Made by a program: the position numbers and the translations under genes. Under the pieces are notes generated by a model that had not been told where the DNA came from, searched no databases, and saw only the letters and a list, made by a program, of their open reading frames with translations. A stretch of 64,000 nt of DNA, taken from the NCBI GenBank assembly GCA_903856085.1, contig CAIOAT010000047.1, positions 20,634-84,633 on the forward strand, read 5' to 3'. This DNA is from Candidatus Omnitrophota bacterium. Its GTDB lineage: Bacteria; Omnitrophota; Omnitrophia; Omnitrophales; Aquincolibacteriaceae. Shown here in pieces: positions 32,016 through 42,274 of the stretch (position 1 is the first letter of the stretch; each line of letters begins with the position of its first letter).

Positions 32016-32608
32016 AAGTAAGAAAGGCCGCGGTCAAACGCAAAACTTCCGAAACCGACATCCAGCTCGAGTTCGTGGTTGACGGAAAAGGATCGTCAAA
32101 AGTCGATACCCTGATTCCGTTCCTCGATCACATGCTAACACTTCTCTCGAAGCATGGGCTTTTTGATTTAAAACTCAAAGCGCGCGGAGATCTGGAAGTC
32201 GATATCCATCACACCAATGAAGACATCGGGATTGCCCTCGGGCAAGCCTTGTCGAAAGCGCTTGGAGACAAGAAAGGGATACGGCGCTATGGCTCTTTTG
32301 CTGTCCCGATGGATGAAGCGCTCATTCGCGTCACCTTGGACATTTCCGGGAGACCATCGCTTTACGTGACAAAGGCCAAAGGTGTTCGTTTGTCCCGCCA
32401 GCCGAAATACTCGTTCGATGATGCGGTTGACTTTCTGCGTTCTTTTTGTCAGCACGCGGGAATCAACATGCATATCGGTGTGCTTGCCGGGGAAGACACG
32501 CACCACATTATCGAAGGCATCTTTAAAGGAATCGCAAAAGCATTGGATATGGCGACCTGTCTAGACCCTCGCGTTCACGGTATCCCTTCAACAAAAGGAC
32601 GGCTGTGA
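32012..32608 (+). CDS. hisB: Imidazoleglycerol-phosphate dehydratase
   Basis: 'RKTSETDI', 'FLDHML', 'HHTNED', 'HHIIE', 'PSTKG'. Confidence 0.97.
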   Translation: MKVRKAAVKRKTSETDIQLEFVVDGKGSSKVDTLIPFLDHMLTLLSKHGLFDLKLKARGDLEVDIHHTNEDIGIALGQALSKALGDKKGIRRYGSFAVPMDEALIRVTLDISGRPSLYVTKAKGVRLSRQPKYSFDDAVDFLRSFCQHAGINMHIGVLAGEDTHHIIEGIFKGIAKALDMATCLDPRVHGIPSTKGRL

Positions 32609-32662
32609 TGACGGGGAACGCGCAACGGTGAGCTGCGCTTCTCGCTTCTCCAGGTTTTTTTT

Positions 32663-33268
32663 ATGATCGCCATCATTGATTACGGGATGGGCAATCTCCG
32701 CAGTGTGTCCAAGGCCCTCGAATATCTTGGCGTTTCGTACAAACTTTGCTCCCAAGGAAAAGATCTTGCTCGTGCCACAAAAGTAATACTCCCTGGGGTC
32801 GGTGCTTTTGGGGATGCGATGAAAGAGTTGCGTTCTCGGGGCTTCATCAACCCAATCCGTGAACTTGTCGCTCGCAAGGTAAAACTTATGGGCGTCTGTC
32901 TCGGCCTCCAGCTTTTTTTTGAAAAAAGCGAAGAGAATCCCGGCGTCAAGGGTTTGGGGATATTCAAAGGCGCAGTCCGGAAATTCCGTTCCACGAACGT
33001 CAAGATTCCTCATATGGGCTGGAATGATCTCAAGATCCTAAAAAAGCATCCATTGCTTGAGGGCATTCCGAGCGGGGAATATTTCTATTTCGTGCACTCA
33101 TATTTTGGGGTTCCTTCGGCCAAGGGCCTAACGCTAGCGTCCTGTAAATACGGTCGTGAGAATTTTGCGGCTGTTTTGGGAAATGGACATGTTTTTGCGA
33201 CCCAATTCCATCCTGAGAAAAGTCAGGAAGCGGGGTTGTGTATACTAAAAAATTTCGTCAGGTGGTGA
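32663..33268 (+). CDS. hisH: Imidazole glycerol phosphate synthase glutaminase subunit
   Basis: 'DYGMGNL', 'GVCLGLQ', 'PHMGWN', 'YFVHSY', 'QFHPEKS'. Confidence 0.97.
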   Translation: MIAIIDYGMGNLRSVSKALEYLGVSYKLCSQGKDLARATKVILPGVGAFGDAMKELRSRGFINPIRELVARKVKLMGVCLGLQLFFEKSEENPGVKGLGIFKGAVRKFRSTNVKIPHMGWNDLKILKKHPLLEGIPSGEYFYFVHSYFGVPSAKGLTLASCKYGRENFAAVLGNGHVFATQFHPEKSQEAGLCILKNFVRW

Positions 33269-33269
33269 T

Positions 33270-33989
33270 ATGAACCTTTATCCGGCGATTGATCTTTACC
33301 AGGGCAAAGTCGTACGCCTCACGCAAGGCGATTATAATTCTTGTGTTGTCTATTCCAAGGACCCTGGGGCTATGGCAAAGGTTTGGGAGCAGGAAGGGGC
33401 TCAGTGGATCCATGTCGTCGACCTCGAAGGCGCAAAGACAGGATCCCTCACCAATGAGGCATCGCTCAAGGCCATTTGCCAAAGCGTCAAAGCCAAGATC
33501 CAATTTGGTGGCGGCGTGCGAAGTTTGAAGGATATCGAAACCATCCTTGGGATGGGCGTTTCGCGGGTTATTCTTGGAACCAAAGCCCTGGACAAGACCT
33601 TTTTGGAGGGCGCTCTCTTAAAATTTGGGGATAAGATCGCTGTGGGACTGGACGTGCGTCGCGACCAAGTAAAAACCGCGGGATGGATGTGCGATGGGAA
33701 CATGACGATCCGGGAAGCCTTGACGCTTTTTGATCAACTCGGCGTCTCGACACTGATATACACCGACATTGAAAAAGATGGTGTCTTAGCAGGTCCGAAT
33801 TGGGAAAAACTTGCGGTGGTGCTTGCGAACACTCAATCGCGAGTCATTTTATCAGGCGGAATCAGTCAGATTTCCGATATCGAGAAATGCCGGGACATCC
33901 GTGCGCCGAATTTTGAGGGTGTGATCATTGGTAAGGCGCTTTACGACAAACGCTTCCAGCTATCCGAGGCCGTGCGGCTCACGGCATAA
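33270..33989 (+). CDS. hisA: ProFAR isomerase
   Basis: 'PAIDL..GKVVRL', 'HVVDLEGA', 'GGGVR', 'TDIEKDG'. Confidence 0.96.
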   Translation: MNLYPAIDLYQGKVVRLTQGDYNSCVVYSKDPGAMAKVWEQEGAQWIHVVDLEGAKTGSLTNEASLKAICQSVKAKIQFGGGVRSLKDIETILGMGVSRVILGTKALDKTFLEGALLKFGDKIAVGLDVRRDQVKTAGWMCDGNMTIREALTLFDQLGVSTLIYTDIEKDGVLAGPNWEKLAVVLANTQSRVILSGGISQISDIEKCRDIRAPNFEGVIIGKALYDKRFQLSEAVRLTA

Positions 33990-34005
33990 TGGGGGAAAGA
34001 GATTT

Positions 34006-34410
34006 ATGGATAACCTTACGAACCTTTGGAATATGATCCTCACGCAACGCACCTGGTCTTGGGCCGTGATCGGAATCGGATATCTCCTCGCGTTTCTTTT
34101 GGCGAGAAGTTTTTTTCTGTACGGACTTATCAAACGCGGCCGATCCCTTAACTCCAAGTGGTACCATGAGATCAAAAAGATCTACATGAAAAAGTGTCTT
34201 GCCGGATGGATCCTGTTCCTAATCTCATTCCTGATCTTGATCTTTTTTTGGCAAACCGCGAACTTCAAACAAGCCTCGCTCTACGAGGTCGGCATGCTCT
34301 TCCTGATTATCTTGACCGTTCTATTTGCAATCATGTCCCACTTGATAGCATTCGGCAATTCTGTGATCCATGTTCTCAAACAACTTGAGAACAACCAAAT
34401 GACCCTTTGA
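34006..34410 (+). CDS. Hypothetical membrane protein (about 3 TM)
   Basis: 134-aa ORF filling the hisA-hisF gap, with three hydrophobic segments and a basic loop; no recognised family. Confidence 0.75.
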   Translation: MDNLTNLWNMILTQRTWSWAVIGIGYLLAFLLARSFFLYGLIKRGRSLNSKWYHEIKKIYMKKCLAGWILFLISFLILIFFWQTANFKQASLYEVGMLFLIILTVLFAIMSHLIAFGNSVIHVLKQLENNQMTL

Positions 34411-34413
34411 TCC

Positions 34414-35172
34414 ATGTTCGCCCGACGCATCATCCCATGTCTTGATATTGACCGTGGCAGGGTCGTAAAAGGTGTCAAATTTGTATCCCTGAAGGACGCG
34501 GGCGATCCTGTGTCTTGCGCCCAAGCTTATGATCAGCAGAAAGCCGATGAGCTGGTTTTCCTCGACATTACGGCTTCTCATGAAAAACGTCGCACGATGA
34601 TCGATGTCGCCGAGAAAGTTGCCGCCACGATTTTTATTCCATTTACAGTCGGGGGTGGCATCAACAAAGTTCAGGATATCCGCGAACTCCTTGCAACAGG
34701 CTGTGATAAGGTTTCTATCAACACAAGCGCCATCAAAAACCCAAAGTTCATTCTGGAAGCCAGCAAGCGATTTGGCAGCCAATGCATCGTGGTCGCAATT
34801 GACGCAAAACGCGAAACGAAGGATCGTTGGGGTGTTTACACGCACGGCGGTCGAAATCCTGCAGGACTTGATGCGATCCAGTGGGCAAAAAAAGCTGCGA
34901 AGCTTGGTGCGGGGGAGATCCTTCTCACGAGCATGGATTGTGACGGCACGAAGGACGGCTACGATCTTGAACTTACGCGCCGCGTCTCCGAATCAGTCCG
35001 CATTCCGGTCATTGCCTCGGGCGGAGCTGGAAACTTGAATCATCTCTATGAAGCCTTCACCGCCGGCAAAGCCGATGCGTGCCTCGCAGCCTCCATTTTT
35101 CACTTCGGAGAATTCACCATCCCTGAGACCAAGGCCTTCCTCCGGGCCAAAGGTATTCCCGTTCGACTTTGA
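34414..35172 (+). CDS. hisF: Imidazole glycerol phosphate synthase cyclase subunit
   Basis: 'RIIPCLD', 'VFLDITAS', 'TSMDCDGT', 'IASGGAG', 'AASIFH'. Confidence 0.98.
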   Translation: MFARRIIPCLDIDRGRVVKGVKFVSLKDAGDPVSCAQAYDQQKADELVFLDITASHEKRRTMIDVAEKVAATIFIPFTVGGGINKVQDIRELLATGCDKVSINTSAIKNPKFILEASKRFGSQCIVVAIDAKRETKDRWGVYTHGGRNPAGLDAIQWAKKAAKLGAGEILLTSMDCDGTKDGYDLELTRRVSESVRIPVIASGGAGNLNHLYEAFTAGKADACLAASIFHFGEFTIPETKAFLRAKGIPVRL

Positions 35173-35180
35173 TCCCTCTT

Positions 35181-35981
35181 ATGTCCAAGAAAGTCTTCTT
35201 TGTCCTAGCTGTTTCCATCCTCTGCGGGTGCGCTTCTTTTCCAAAAACACCGGCGATCACGTTGAATGTCGAAAAACTATCCCCTGAGCATATTGCAGAA
35301 GTCAAAGCGCTTGTCGCCAAACTCGAGCCTTTCATTCATACAAAGGACCAGGCGGGAAGACTTCCGATGCTCACCTTTAAAGAATTGGAGTCTCCTTTAA
35401 ATGCCAGTGAAAAACGATTCCTGCGCTCATTTCGAGATCTCGAAGCCGCGACGGTCGGGGTTAGGATTCCGTTTCATGGGATTTCGCAGGGAAACAATGA
35501 TTTGGTGCGGTTGGACGGACAGAAGATCCGACTTCATGGAAAATGGACAGAGCTTCCTCCGCAATTTCTGAGTCCTCAGGTTTATCCATCTTACCAGTTC
35601 ATGATGCGTGCTATGGAACGCGCTATAGGAAAACGGCTTTTCGTGGAATCCGGGTATCGCTCAAGCGCCCATCAGCTATATCTTTTTATCTTCTATCTCA
35701 GCAACCATGATTATTCCATTCGCGAAACCGTGAAATGGGTCGCTTTGCCCGGCTACAGCGAGCATGGGGATCCCGAACATTTGGCGATCGATTTCATCAA
35801 CGAGGATGGAATCAACGGGGAGGAGAATGTCGCAGAATTTGAGGATCTGCAAGAATATCAGTGGCTCCTGGAGAACGCCGGACGCTTCGGATTCGTCCTG
35901 TCTTATCCCAAAAATGCTCCGGCAGGGATCACCTACGAGCCATGGCATTGGCGTTACGACAGCATTTCGCGGCCCCGTTAA
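35181..35981 (+). CDS. M15B (VanY-like) D-Ala-D-Ala carboxypeptidase lipoprotein
   Basis: Lipobox 'LCGC', 'SGYRS', 'PGYSEH...AIDF', 'WLLENA..FGF', 'YEPWHWRY'. Confidence 0.88.
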   Translation: MSKKVFFVLAVSILCGCASFPKTPAITLNVEKLSPEHIAEVKALVAKLEPFIHTKDQAGRLPMLTFKELESPLNASEKRFLRSFRDLEAATVGVRIPFHGISQGNNDLVRLDGQKIRLHGKWTELPPQFLSPQVYPSYQFMMRAMERAIGKRLFVESGYRSSAHQLYLFIFYLSNHDYSIRETVKWVALPGYSEHGDPEHLAIDFINEDGINGEENVAEFEDLQEYQWLLENAGRFGFVLSYPKNAPAGITYEPWHWRYDSISRPR

Positions 35982-36018
35982 TCCTGAATTCATGTCGCTT
36001 CAGGAAAAGTGTATCCCC

Positions 36019-36046
36019 TTGACACATAGTTCATTTGTGGCATACT
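36019..36046 (+). promoter_or_regulatory. Internal sigma70-like promoter upstream of hisI-trpE
   Basis: TTGACA(36019)-16-CATACT(36041) preceded by TG (extended -10). Confidence 0.5.
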
Positions 36047-36115
36047 CGACGTCACTTCAGTAAAGAAGAATGTAATTTTGCCGTAACTCCATTATTCAAA
36101 GGAGAATACATCCAA

Positions 36116-36496
36116 ATGGAAGACCTCAAATATAACGCTCAGGGATTGTTGCCAGTCATTATTCAAGACGCTCATTCCGGTGAAGTTCTTATGCTGGCTT
36201 ACATGGATAAAGTCGCTGTGGAGCGCACTTTGAAAGAGAAACACACTGTTTTTTATTCCCGGTCTCGCAATAAATATTGGGTGAAGGGGGAGGAGTCGGG
36301 CCACACGCAAGGCGTCGTGCAAGTGCTTACGGACTGCGACAAAGACACTCTGCTTGTCCGTGTAACCCAAAATAAGGGCGGGGCGTGCCATCTTGGTTAT
36401 CGCACCTGCTTCGTTCATGAAATGAATGAGCAGGGAGATGTCGTGAAGATCACGCAAGAGAAAGTCTTTGACCCGGAAAAGATTTATAAAAAATGA
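36116..36496 (+). CDS. hisI: Phosphoribosyl-AMP cyclohydrolase (monofunctional)
   Basis: 'VLMLAYM', 'YSRSR', 'WVKGEESG', 'DCDKD', 'CHLGYRTCF'. RBS aaggag. Confidence 0.95.
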   Translation: MEDLKYNAQGLLPVIIQDAHSGEVLMLAYMDKVAVERTLKEKHTVFYSRSRNKYWVKGEESGHTQGVVQVLTDCDKDTLLVRVTQNKGGACHLGYRTCFVHEMNEQGDVVKITQEKVFDPEKIYKK

Positions 36497-37965
36497 TCGC
36501 TCCTGATATTGTCACTTTCACAAAACTGGCGCGCAAAGGAAATATTGTTGCGCTCTCCGAGACATTTCCCGCGGATCTCGAGACGCCGGTCTCTAGCTTT
36601 CTGAAGATCAGCCAGAAAGCACGTCATGCATTCCTTCTTGAATCCGCGGAGCAGGAAGAGAAGATCGGTCGTTTTTCATTTCTGGGAATTGAGCCGGCTG
36701 CCGTTTATGAATCCTCCGGAGAAAATGTCGCGATTACAGCACGGGGAAGCAAACGGATTCTAAAGAATGCCAAGCTTTTGGATGTGATCGAGGCGGAACT
36801 TTCCACGCGTAAACTGGCTAATCCCGAGGCCTTCCCGGGATTTCGTGGTGGGTTCGTGGGTTATCTTGCCTATGAGAATGTCCGCGATTTTGAGACCGTC
36901 CGGCTTGCGAAGAAAAAAGGACCCGGATTTCCTCTGGGTATCTTTTTCCGCATCGAAGATTTTCTCGTATTTGACCATTTTCGCAAGACCCTTTCAGTCG
37001 TCATCCTCGTGAATCTGAAAAAGGCCCAAAACGCGGAGACTGCTTACAAAAATGCCCTCAGGCAGATGGCGAAATACAAAAGCCTTCTTCAGAAACCGCT
37101 GCGTGTACCCGCGATGACAAGGGCAGCATCACTACCTGAAGTGCAATCAAACATGTCACGCAAAAGCTATGAATCCAAAGTCAAACGGATCAAGGAATAC
37201 ATCCGCGCCGGAGATTGCATTCAGGTCGTATTGTCGCAACGTTTCCAACTCGCGCATCACGGCCACGATTTTCAGATCTACCGCTCGCTGAGGTCCATCA
37301 ACCCCTCACCTTATATGTTCTATTTTAGAAGCGGACCGTTCCGTCTGATCGGCTCCTCGCCCGAAATGCTCGTCAAAAAAACAAGGCGCATGGCGGAGGT
37401 CCGGCCCATCGCTGGCACGCGACCGCGAGGACTTACGGAGCAACAAGACATGCAGTATGAAAAACAGTTGCGGTCTTCAGTGAAGGAAATGGCGGAGCAT
37501 CTCATGCTTGTTGATCTCGGCCGCAACGATCTCGGCCGCGTTTCGGATTTTAAATCGGTCAAAGTTGAACGTTTTGCTTTTGTCGAGCGCTATTCCCATG
37601 TGATGCATTTGGTCAGCCGGGTACAGAGCAAGCTCAAGGCGGGAAAGTCGGCGATGGATCTTTTGCGCGCAACCTTTCCGGCCGGAACGCTTTCCGGCGC
37701 ACCCAAGGTACGCGCCATGCAGATCATTGACGAACTCGAACCTGAGGCTCGAGGCCCTTACGGCGGCTGTCTCGGCTATTTCGGTTTTGACGGGGACATG
37801 GACATGTGTATTACGATTCGAACTCTGATGCTTCATAAAGACAGGATTTTTCTCCAAGCCGGGGCCGGGATCGTCAAAGATTCGGACCCGGGACGGGAAT
37901 ACGAGGAAACGGTCAATAAATCCAAAGCTTTGATCAAGGCCATTGAAGAGAGGTTTCTTTTCTAA
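36493..37965 (+). CDS. trpE: Anthranilate synthase component I
   Basis: 'LLES', 'NPSPYM', 'SSPE', 'PIAGT', 'AEHLMLVDLGRND', 'GAGIV'. Confidence 0.95.
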   Translation: MIAPDIVTFTKLARKGNIVALSETFPADLETPVSSFLKISQKARHAFLLESAEQEEKIGRFSFLGIEPAAVYESSGENVAITARGSKRILKNAKLLDVIEAELSTRKLANPEAFPGFRGGFVGYLAYENVRDFETVRLAKKKGPGFPLGIFFRIEDFLVFDHFRKTLSVVILVNLKKAQNAETAYKNALRQMAKYKSLLQKPLRVPAMTRAASLPEVQSNMSRKSYESKVKRIKEYIRAGDCIQVVLSQRFQLAHHGHDFQIYRSLRSINPSPYMFYFRSGPFRLIGSSPEMLVKKTRRMAEVRPIAGTRPRGLTEQQDMQYEKQLRSSVKEMAEHLMLVDLGRNDLGRVSDFKSVKVERFAFVERYSHVMHLVSRVQSKLKAGKSAMDLLRATFPAGTLSGAPKVRAMQIIDELEPEARGPYGGCLGYFGFDGDMDMCITIRTLMLHKDRIFLQAGAGIVKDSDPGREYEETVNKSKALIKAIEERFLF

Positions 37966-38041
37966 TACGGCATTCCTATAATTTAAAAGGGCTCGCAGTA
38001 CTGTAGCGTTAACGCTTTAAATCAAACGGAGAACGGTATTA

Positions 38042-38611
38042 ATGCTCCTGGTCATCGATAATTACGATTCTTTCACCTACAATCTGGTCCAATATCTCGG
38101 AGAGCTCGGCGCGAACCCGCGTGTCTGGCGTAACGACGAGATCACGATTTCAAAAATCAAACGCCTGCGTCCCAAGCGCATCGTCATTTCGCCGGGACCT
38201 AAAACGCCCAAAGAAGCTGGGATCTCCTGCGAGGTGATACGGACTTTTAGCGGTAAGGTTCCGATCCTGGGTGTCTGCTTAGGCCATCAGTCGATAGGAT
38301 ACGTTTTTGGCGGCAAAGTCATCCGCGCAGCTAATATCATGCATGGCAAGACGTCCAAGATTTATCACGACAAGGATCCTCTCTTTAAAGGGATTCCGAA
38401 TCCGTTCGTCGCCACTCGCTATCACTCACTTCTCGTTGAAAAAAAATCACTACCTGACACGCTCGAGATCACGGCTTGGACTCGGGAGCAGGAAATCATG
38501 GGGCTCAAGCATAAATCCCATCCGACCTGGGGCGTTCAATTTCATCCCGAATCCATCATGACTGCCTCCGGCATGCAGCTACTCAAAAACTTTCTGGACC
38601 TTTCCAAGTGA
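38042..38611 (+). CDS. trpG: Anthranilate synthase component II (glutamine amidotransferase)
   Basis: 'DNYDSFTYN', 'SPGP', 'GVCLGHQ', 'QFHPES'. Confidence 0.94.
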   Translation: MLLVIDNYDSFTYNLVQYLGELGANPRVWRNDEITISKIKRLRPKRIVISPGPKTPKEAGISCEVIRTFSGKVPILGVCLGHQSIGYVFGGKVIRAANIMHGKTSKIYHDKDPLFKGIPNPFVATRYHSLLVEKKSLPDTLEITAWTREQEIMGLKHKSHPTWGVQFHPESIMTASGMQLLKNFLDLSK

Positions 38612-39651
38612 TCAAAAAATCTGAACAAAAGGACCAGTCCTGGTTCAACGGACTTTTGCTCAAGCTCATCACGGGGCGGTCGCTGTCGCTTGCGGACGCT
38701 CGAAAATTCTTCCGGCTTCTTTTTATTGGAGTCATTCCGTTCACGAAAGCCAAAAGCTTTTTGCTTCTTCTTGCACAAAAAGGGGAGACGGCTGAAGAAC
38801 TTCTCGGTTGTCTTCAGGCGCTCCAAGCCCTCGAAAAACCTATCGGACCCAAAATCCAAGGACTCATGGACACATGTGGCACCGGAGGAGATGGTCGGCA
38901 AACGATCAATATTTCAACCCTGGTAGCCCTGGTCATCGCAGGAGCGGGAGGGAAGATCGCCAAGCATGGCAATCGTGCGATCTCCTCAAAATCCGGAAGC
39001 TCCGATCTCATGGAAGCCTTTGGCGTCAAACTCGACACGCCCCCAAAAAAGATCATCGCTGCTATTAAAAGCTCCGGCCTTGGCTATTTTCACGCACCTT
39101 TTCATCATCCCATTTTTGCCAAGATGCACCCATTGCGTAAAGCTTTGAAGCGGAGGACCATCTTGAACATGCTCGGACCTTTAGTCAATCCGATGCGCCT
39201 GGATCATCAGCTCGTGGGCGTTTCCGAAAAGCGAATGCTTCCGCTTTACGCCAAAGTTCTTTCAAAATCAGGCCTTAAAAACGCTCTTGTATGTCACAGC
39301 GGCGACGGAATGGACGAGATCTCCACTTCGGTGCCAACAACGGTCGCCTGGGTGACACCGAACAACATACGGATGTCTTTGATCCGGCCGAAAATTTATT
39401 GCCTCAAGAATGCGACACTGAAGCATCTTTGGGTCAATTCGGTCGAAAAAAGCAAGCGCCGAGCCCAAAACATTTTGGCTGGAAAAGAAAAAGGGCCTGC
39501 GCGCGACACGATCATTCTGAATGCTGCCTACGGACTTTTGCTTTGTGGAAAAACGGATTCTGTCCATGAGGGTATCGCGCTCGCCCAAGAGTCCATCGAT
39601 TCAGGAAGAGCTTTACAATCCCTGAATCTACTTAAAGCTCGGACAAATTGA
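38608..39651 (+). CDS. trpD: Anthranilate phosphoribosyltransferase
   Basis: '[15 protein letters not shown]', '[13 protein letters not shown]', 'GMDEIS'. Confidence 0.96.
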   Translation: MIKKSEQKDQSWFNGLLLKLITGRSLSLADARKFFRLLFIGVIPFTKAKSFLLLLAQKGETAEELLGCLQALQALEKPIGPKIQGLMDTCGTGGDGRQTINISTLVALVIAGAGGKIAKHGNRAISSKSGSSDLMEAFGVKLDTPPKKIIAAIKSSGLGYFHAPFHHPIFAKMHPLRKALKRRTILNMLGPLVNPMRLDHQLVGVSEKRMLPLYAKVLSKSGLKNALVCHSGDGMDEISTSVPTTVAWVTPNNIRMSLIRPKIYCLKNATLKHLWVNSVEKSKRRAQNILAGKEKGPARDTIILNAAYGLLLCGKTDSVHEGIALAQESIDSGRALQSLNLLKARTN

Positions 39652-39652
39652 T

Positions 39653-40465
39653 ATGATCCTGAACGATATCCTTCTCCAGAAACGGAAAGACCTCGACGAG
39701 TTGAAGCAGCGCATGCCGCTCGTGCGTCTCCAGCGCATTATTGAAAAAGCCGAACGGCCAAAACCTCGATCTTTCCGCAACGCGCTCTTGTCCACACGGC
39801 ACCTCAACATCATCGCCGAACTTAAAAAGGCATCGCCCTCCGAAGGAGTGCTGCGCGAGAACTTTCAACCCCTTCGCATCGCGAGCTTGTATGAATATGC
39901 CGGCGCCTGCGCCATCTCGGTCTTGACAGAGCCCCATTTTTTCAAAGGACGACCCAGTTATCTTAAGACCGTTCGCCAAGTGACGCGGCTGCCGCTTTTA
40001 AGAAAGGATTTCATTTTTGATCGGTTTCAACTTTACGAAACCGCTCTTTTGGAAGCCGACGCGTTCCTCTTGATTGCCTCGATCCTGAGTGAAGAGGAAT
40101 TGAAAGACCTAGTCGCGCTTGGAAAAGAACTCCAGATGGACGCTCTGGTTGAAGTCCATTCAGACGCAGAACTCAAAAAAGCCGTAGGTGCCGGCGCCAC
40201 CATTATCGGGATCAACAATCGGGATCTCAAAACACTCAAAGTCGATCCGGAGCGCGCCAAGCAGCTGATCCCGCATATTCCGAAGGGGACTGCCATCGTG
40301 GTGGAAAGCGGTCTCAGCACGCACGAGGAACTGATGACGTATAAAAGTCTCGGGGCTAACGCTTTTCTCATCGGATCAACTTTGATGCGATCCCCAGATA
40401 TCACCGCCACGCTCCAGAAGCTTCTTGGGAAAAAAGAGGTTTCTATTGCGGAGGAATCTGTATGA
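39653..40465 (+). CDS. trpC: Indole-3-glycerol phosphate synthase
   Basis: 'IAELKKASPS', 'SVLTE', 'LRKDF', 'GINNRDL', 'ESG'. Confidence 0.97.
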   Translation: MILNDILLQKRKDLDELKQRMPLVRLQRIIEKAERPKPRSFRNALLSTRHLNIIAELKKASPSEGVLRENFQPLRIASLYEYAGACAISVLTEPHFFKGRPSYLKTVRQVTRLPLLRKDFIFDRFQLYETALLEADAFLLIASILSEEELKDLVALGKELQMDALVEVHSDAELKKAVGAGATIIGINNRDLKTLKVDPERAKQLIPHIPKGTAIVVESGLSTHEELMTYKSLGANAFLIGSTLMRSPDITATLQKLLGKKEVSIAEESV

Positions 40466-41109
40466 CCCGAGTCAAGATCTGCGGCAATACAAATTACGAA
40501 CATGCGCGGCTAGCTGTCGATCTTGGAGCAGACTATCTCGGCTTTATTTTTGTTCCCTCGAGCAAGCGTGTGATCGCGGTCGAAAAGGCAGCGGAAATTC
40601 TCACGAAGCTCGCGGACTTTGAAAATACTGTCGGAGTCTTTTGTAATCAGCCTAAAAAAGAAGTGGCCTTGATCGCCGAACGTCTTCAGCTTAAATTCCT
40701 CCAGTTCCACGGCGAGGAAACTGCGCTTTACTGCGATTCATTCATGCAGAAGGGTTATGAAATCATCAAGACCTTTCATGTGAAAGACGCCATGAGCCTG
40801 AAACGGATCGGTGAATACAATGTCAGCGCGTTTCTTTTTGACACGTATTCACATTCCGAGAAAGGCGGCTCCGGCATACCGTTTGACTGGAGCATCATAG
40901 AAGACAAGCCGTATGTTCACGACAAACTGTTCCTGGCAGGAGGACTCAACGCGCTCAATGTGGTGCAAGCCATTGAAAAGGTTCGTCCGTTTGCCGTCGA
41001 TGTCGCGAGCGGCGTCGAGTCCGCTTCCGGCGCAAAAGACCCCGTCTTGCTGCGAGCTTTCATTGAGAATGCCAAGGAAGTGAAAGAAAGCCATGAGCGA
41101 AAAGCTTGA
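40462..41109 (+). CDS. trpF: Phosphoribosylanthranilate isomerase
   Basis: 'VKICG', 'QFHG.E', 'GGSG..FDW', 'LAGGL', 'DVASGVE'. Confidence 0.96.
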   Translation: MTRVKICGNTNYEHARLAVDLGADYLGFIFVPSSKRVIAVEKAAEILTKLADFENTVGVFCNQPKKEVALIAERLQLKFLQFHGEETALYCDSFMQKGYEIIKTFHVKDAMSLKRIGEYNVSAFLFDTYSHSEKGGSGIPFDWSIIEDKPYVHDKLFLAGGLNALNVVQAIEKVRPFAVDVASGVESASGAKDPVLLRAFIENAKEVKESHERKA

Positions 41110-42274
41110 TTTTGTAAAACGATTAAAGCCACGCCTGCAACAAATCGAAAAAGATTCGCTCTACCTCAAGCTTCTTGAGGCTACCCAGCAAAATCTCCAG
41201 CTTGAAGACATATGCGAAAGCCTGGAAGAGGGCATCGTCATTACGGACGGGAAAGGGCATCCAGTTTTTGTCAACCGAAAGGCTGATGACTGGCTCGGAG
41301 GTGTCCGCACTGCTGCAAAGCAGCCCATCTGGAATCAGACTCAGGATCCGTCCTTTGCGTCCTTTCTGAAAGAGAATGTAGTGACCGCCCGAACCCGCAC
41401 GGTCCATGATGTCAGGATTCTTTCGCCGCGGGAAATGCAACTCCGCATCACGATTCTCCCGCGAGAAGAGGATGTGAAAATGAATTTCGTCATACTCCTT
41501 TCGGACATTACATCGCGTGCGGAACAGGGATTCGAAGCTGCCATGCTCTCCCGCATGGAAAGCCTGGTGCGACTTGCCGGCGGCATCGCTCATGAGATCG
41601 GCAACCCGCTCAACGCCATTACGATCCATCTGGAACTTTTAAAAAAACGCCTCGCTGGACTTCCCGACAATAAGCGAAAGGAGATCGCCGATTCATTGAG
41701 CGATATTCAGGATGAGACGCGGCGACTTGATCGCATCATCCGGAATTTCCTCAAGGCTACACGCAAACCGCCGCTTCGCTTCCGGTTGGATGATCTGAAC
41801 GAAGTGATTGCCGATGCTCTCTCTTTCCTAAAACCGCAGCTAGACGTCGCGAAGATCCTCGTAAAATTCTCGAAAGATAAAGGACTGCCGCCATTCCTGA
41901 TGGATCGAGAGCGTCTTTATTATGCATTTATGAACATGATCAAGAACGCCTTGGAGGCCATGCCTCACGGAGGGATGCTCAAGATAGCGATTACACGCAA
42001 GCAAAATTGCGCCATCGTTGCCATTGCGGACACGGGCTGTGGTATTGCTGAGAAAGATCTCGTCAGGATCTTTGACATCTATTACACCACCAAACCGGAG
42101 GGATCGGGACTCGGTCTTATGATGGTCTATGACGCCATAGCCGAACATGGCGGAAAGATCGAGGTTGCAAGCAAATTGAACAAGGGGACCGTATTCAAGG
42201 TGCTGTTACCTATCCGAGAACCCCAACTGCAATTACCGGATTACCATTCTAGGGAGGTTGATCGCCATGTTTGA
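41093..42274 (+). CDS. Cytoplasmic PAS-domain sensor histidine kinase
   Basis: PAS start 'ESLEEGIVITD', H-box 'AHEIGNPL', N-box 'NMIKNA', 'DTGCG', 'TTKPEGSGLGL'; no TM segment. Confidence 0.93.
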   Translation: MSEKLDFVKRLKPRLQQIEKDSLYLKLLEATQQNLQLEDICESLEEGIVITDGKGHPVFVNRKADDWLGGVRTAAKQPIWNQTQDPSFASFLKENVVTARTRTVHDVRILSPREMQLRITILPREEDVKMNFVILLSDITSRAEQGFEAAMLSRMESLVRLAGGIAHEIGNPLNAITIHLELLKKRLAGLPDNKRKEIADSLSDIQDETRRLDRIIRNFLKATRKPPLRFRLDDLNEVIADALSFLKPQLDVAKILVKFSKDKGLPPFLMDRERLYYAFMNMIKNALEAMPHGGMLKIAITRKQNCAIVAIADTGCGIAEKDLVRIFDIYYTTKPEGSGLGLMMVYDAIAEHGGKIEVASKLNKGTVFKVLLPIREPQLQLPDYHSREVDRHV

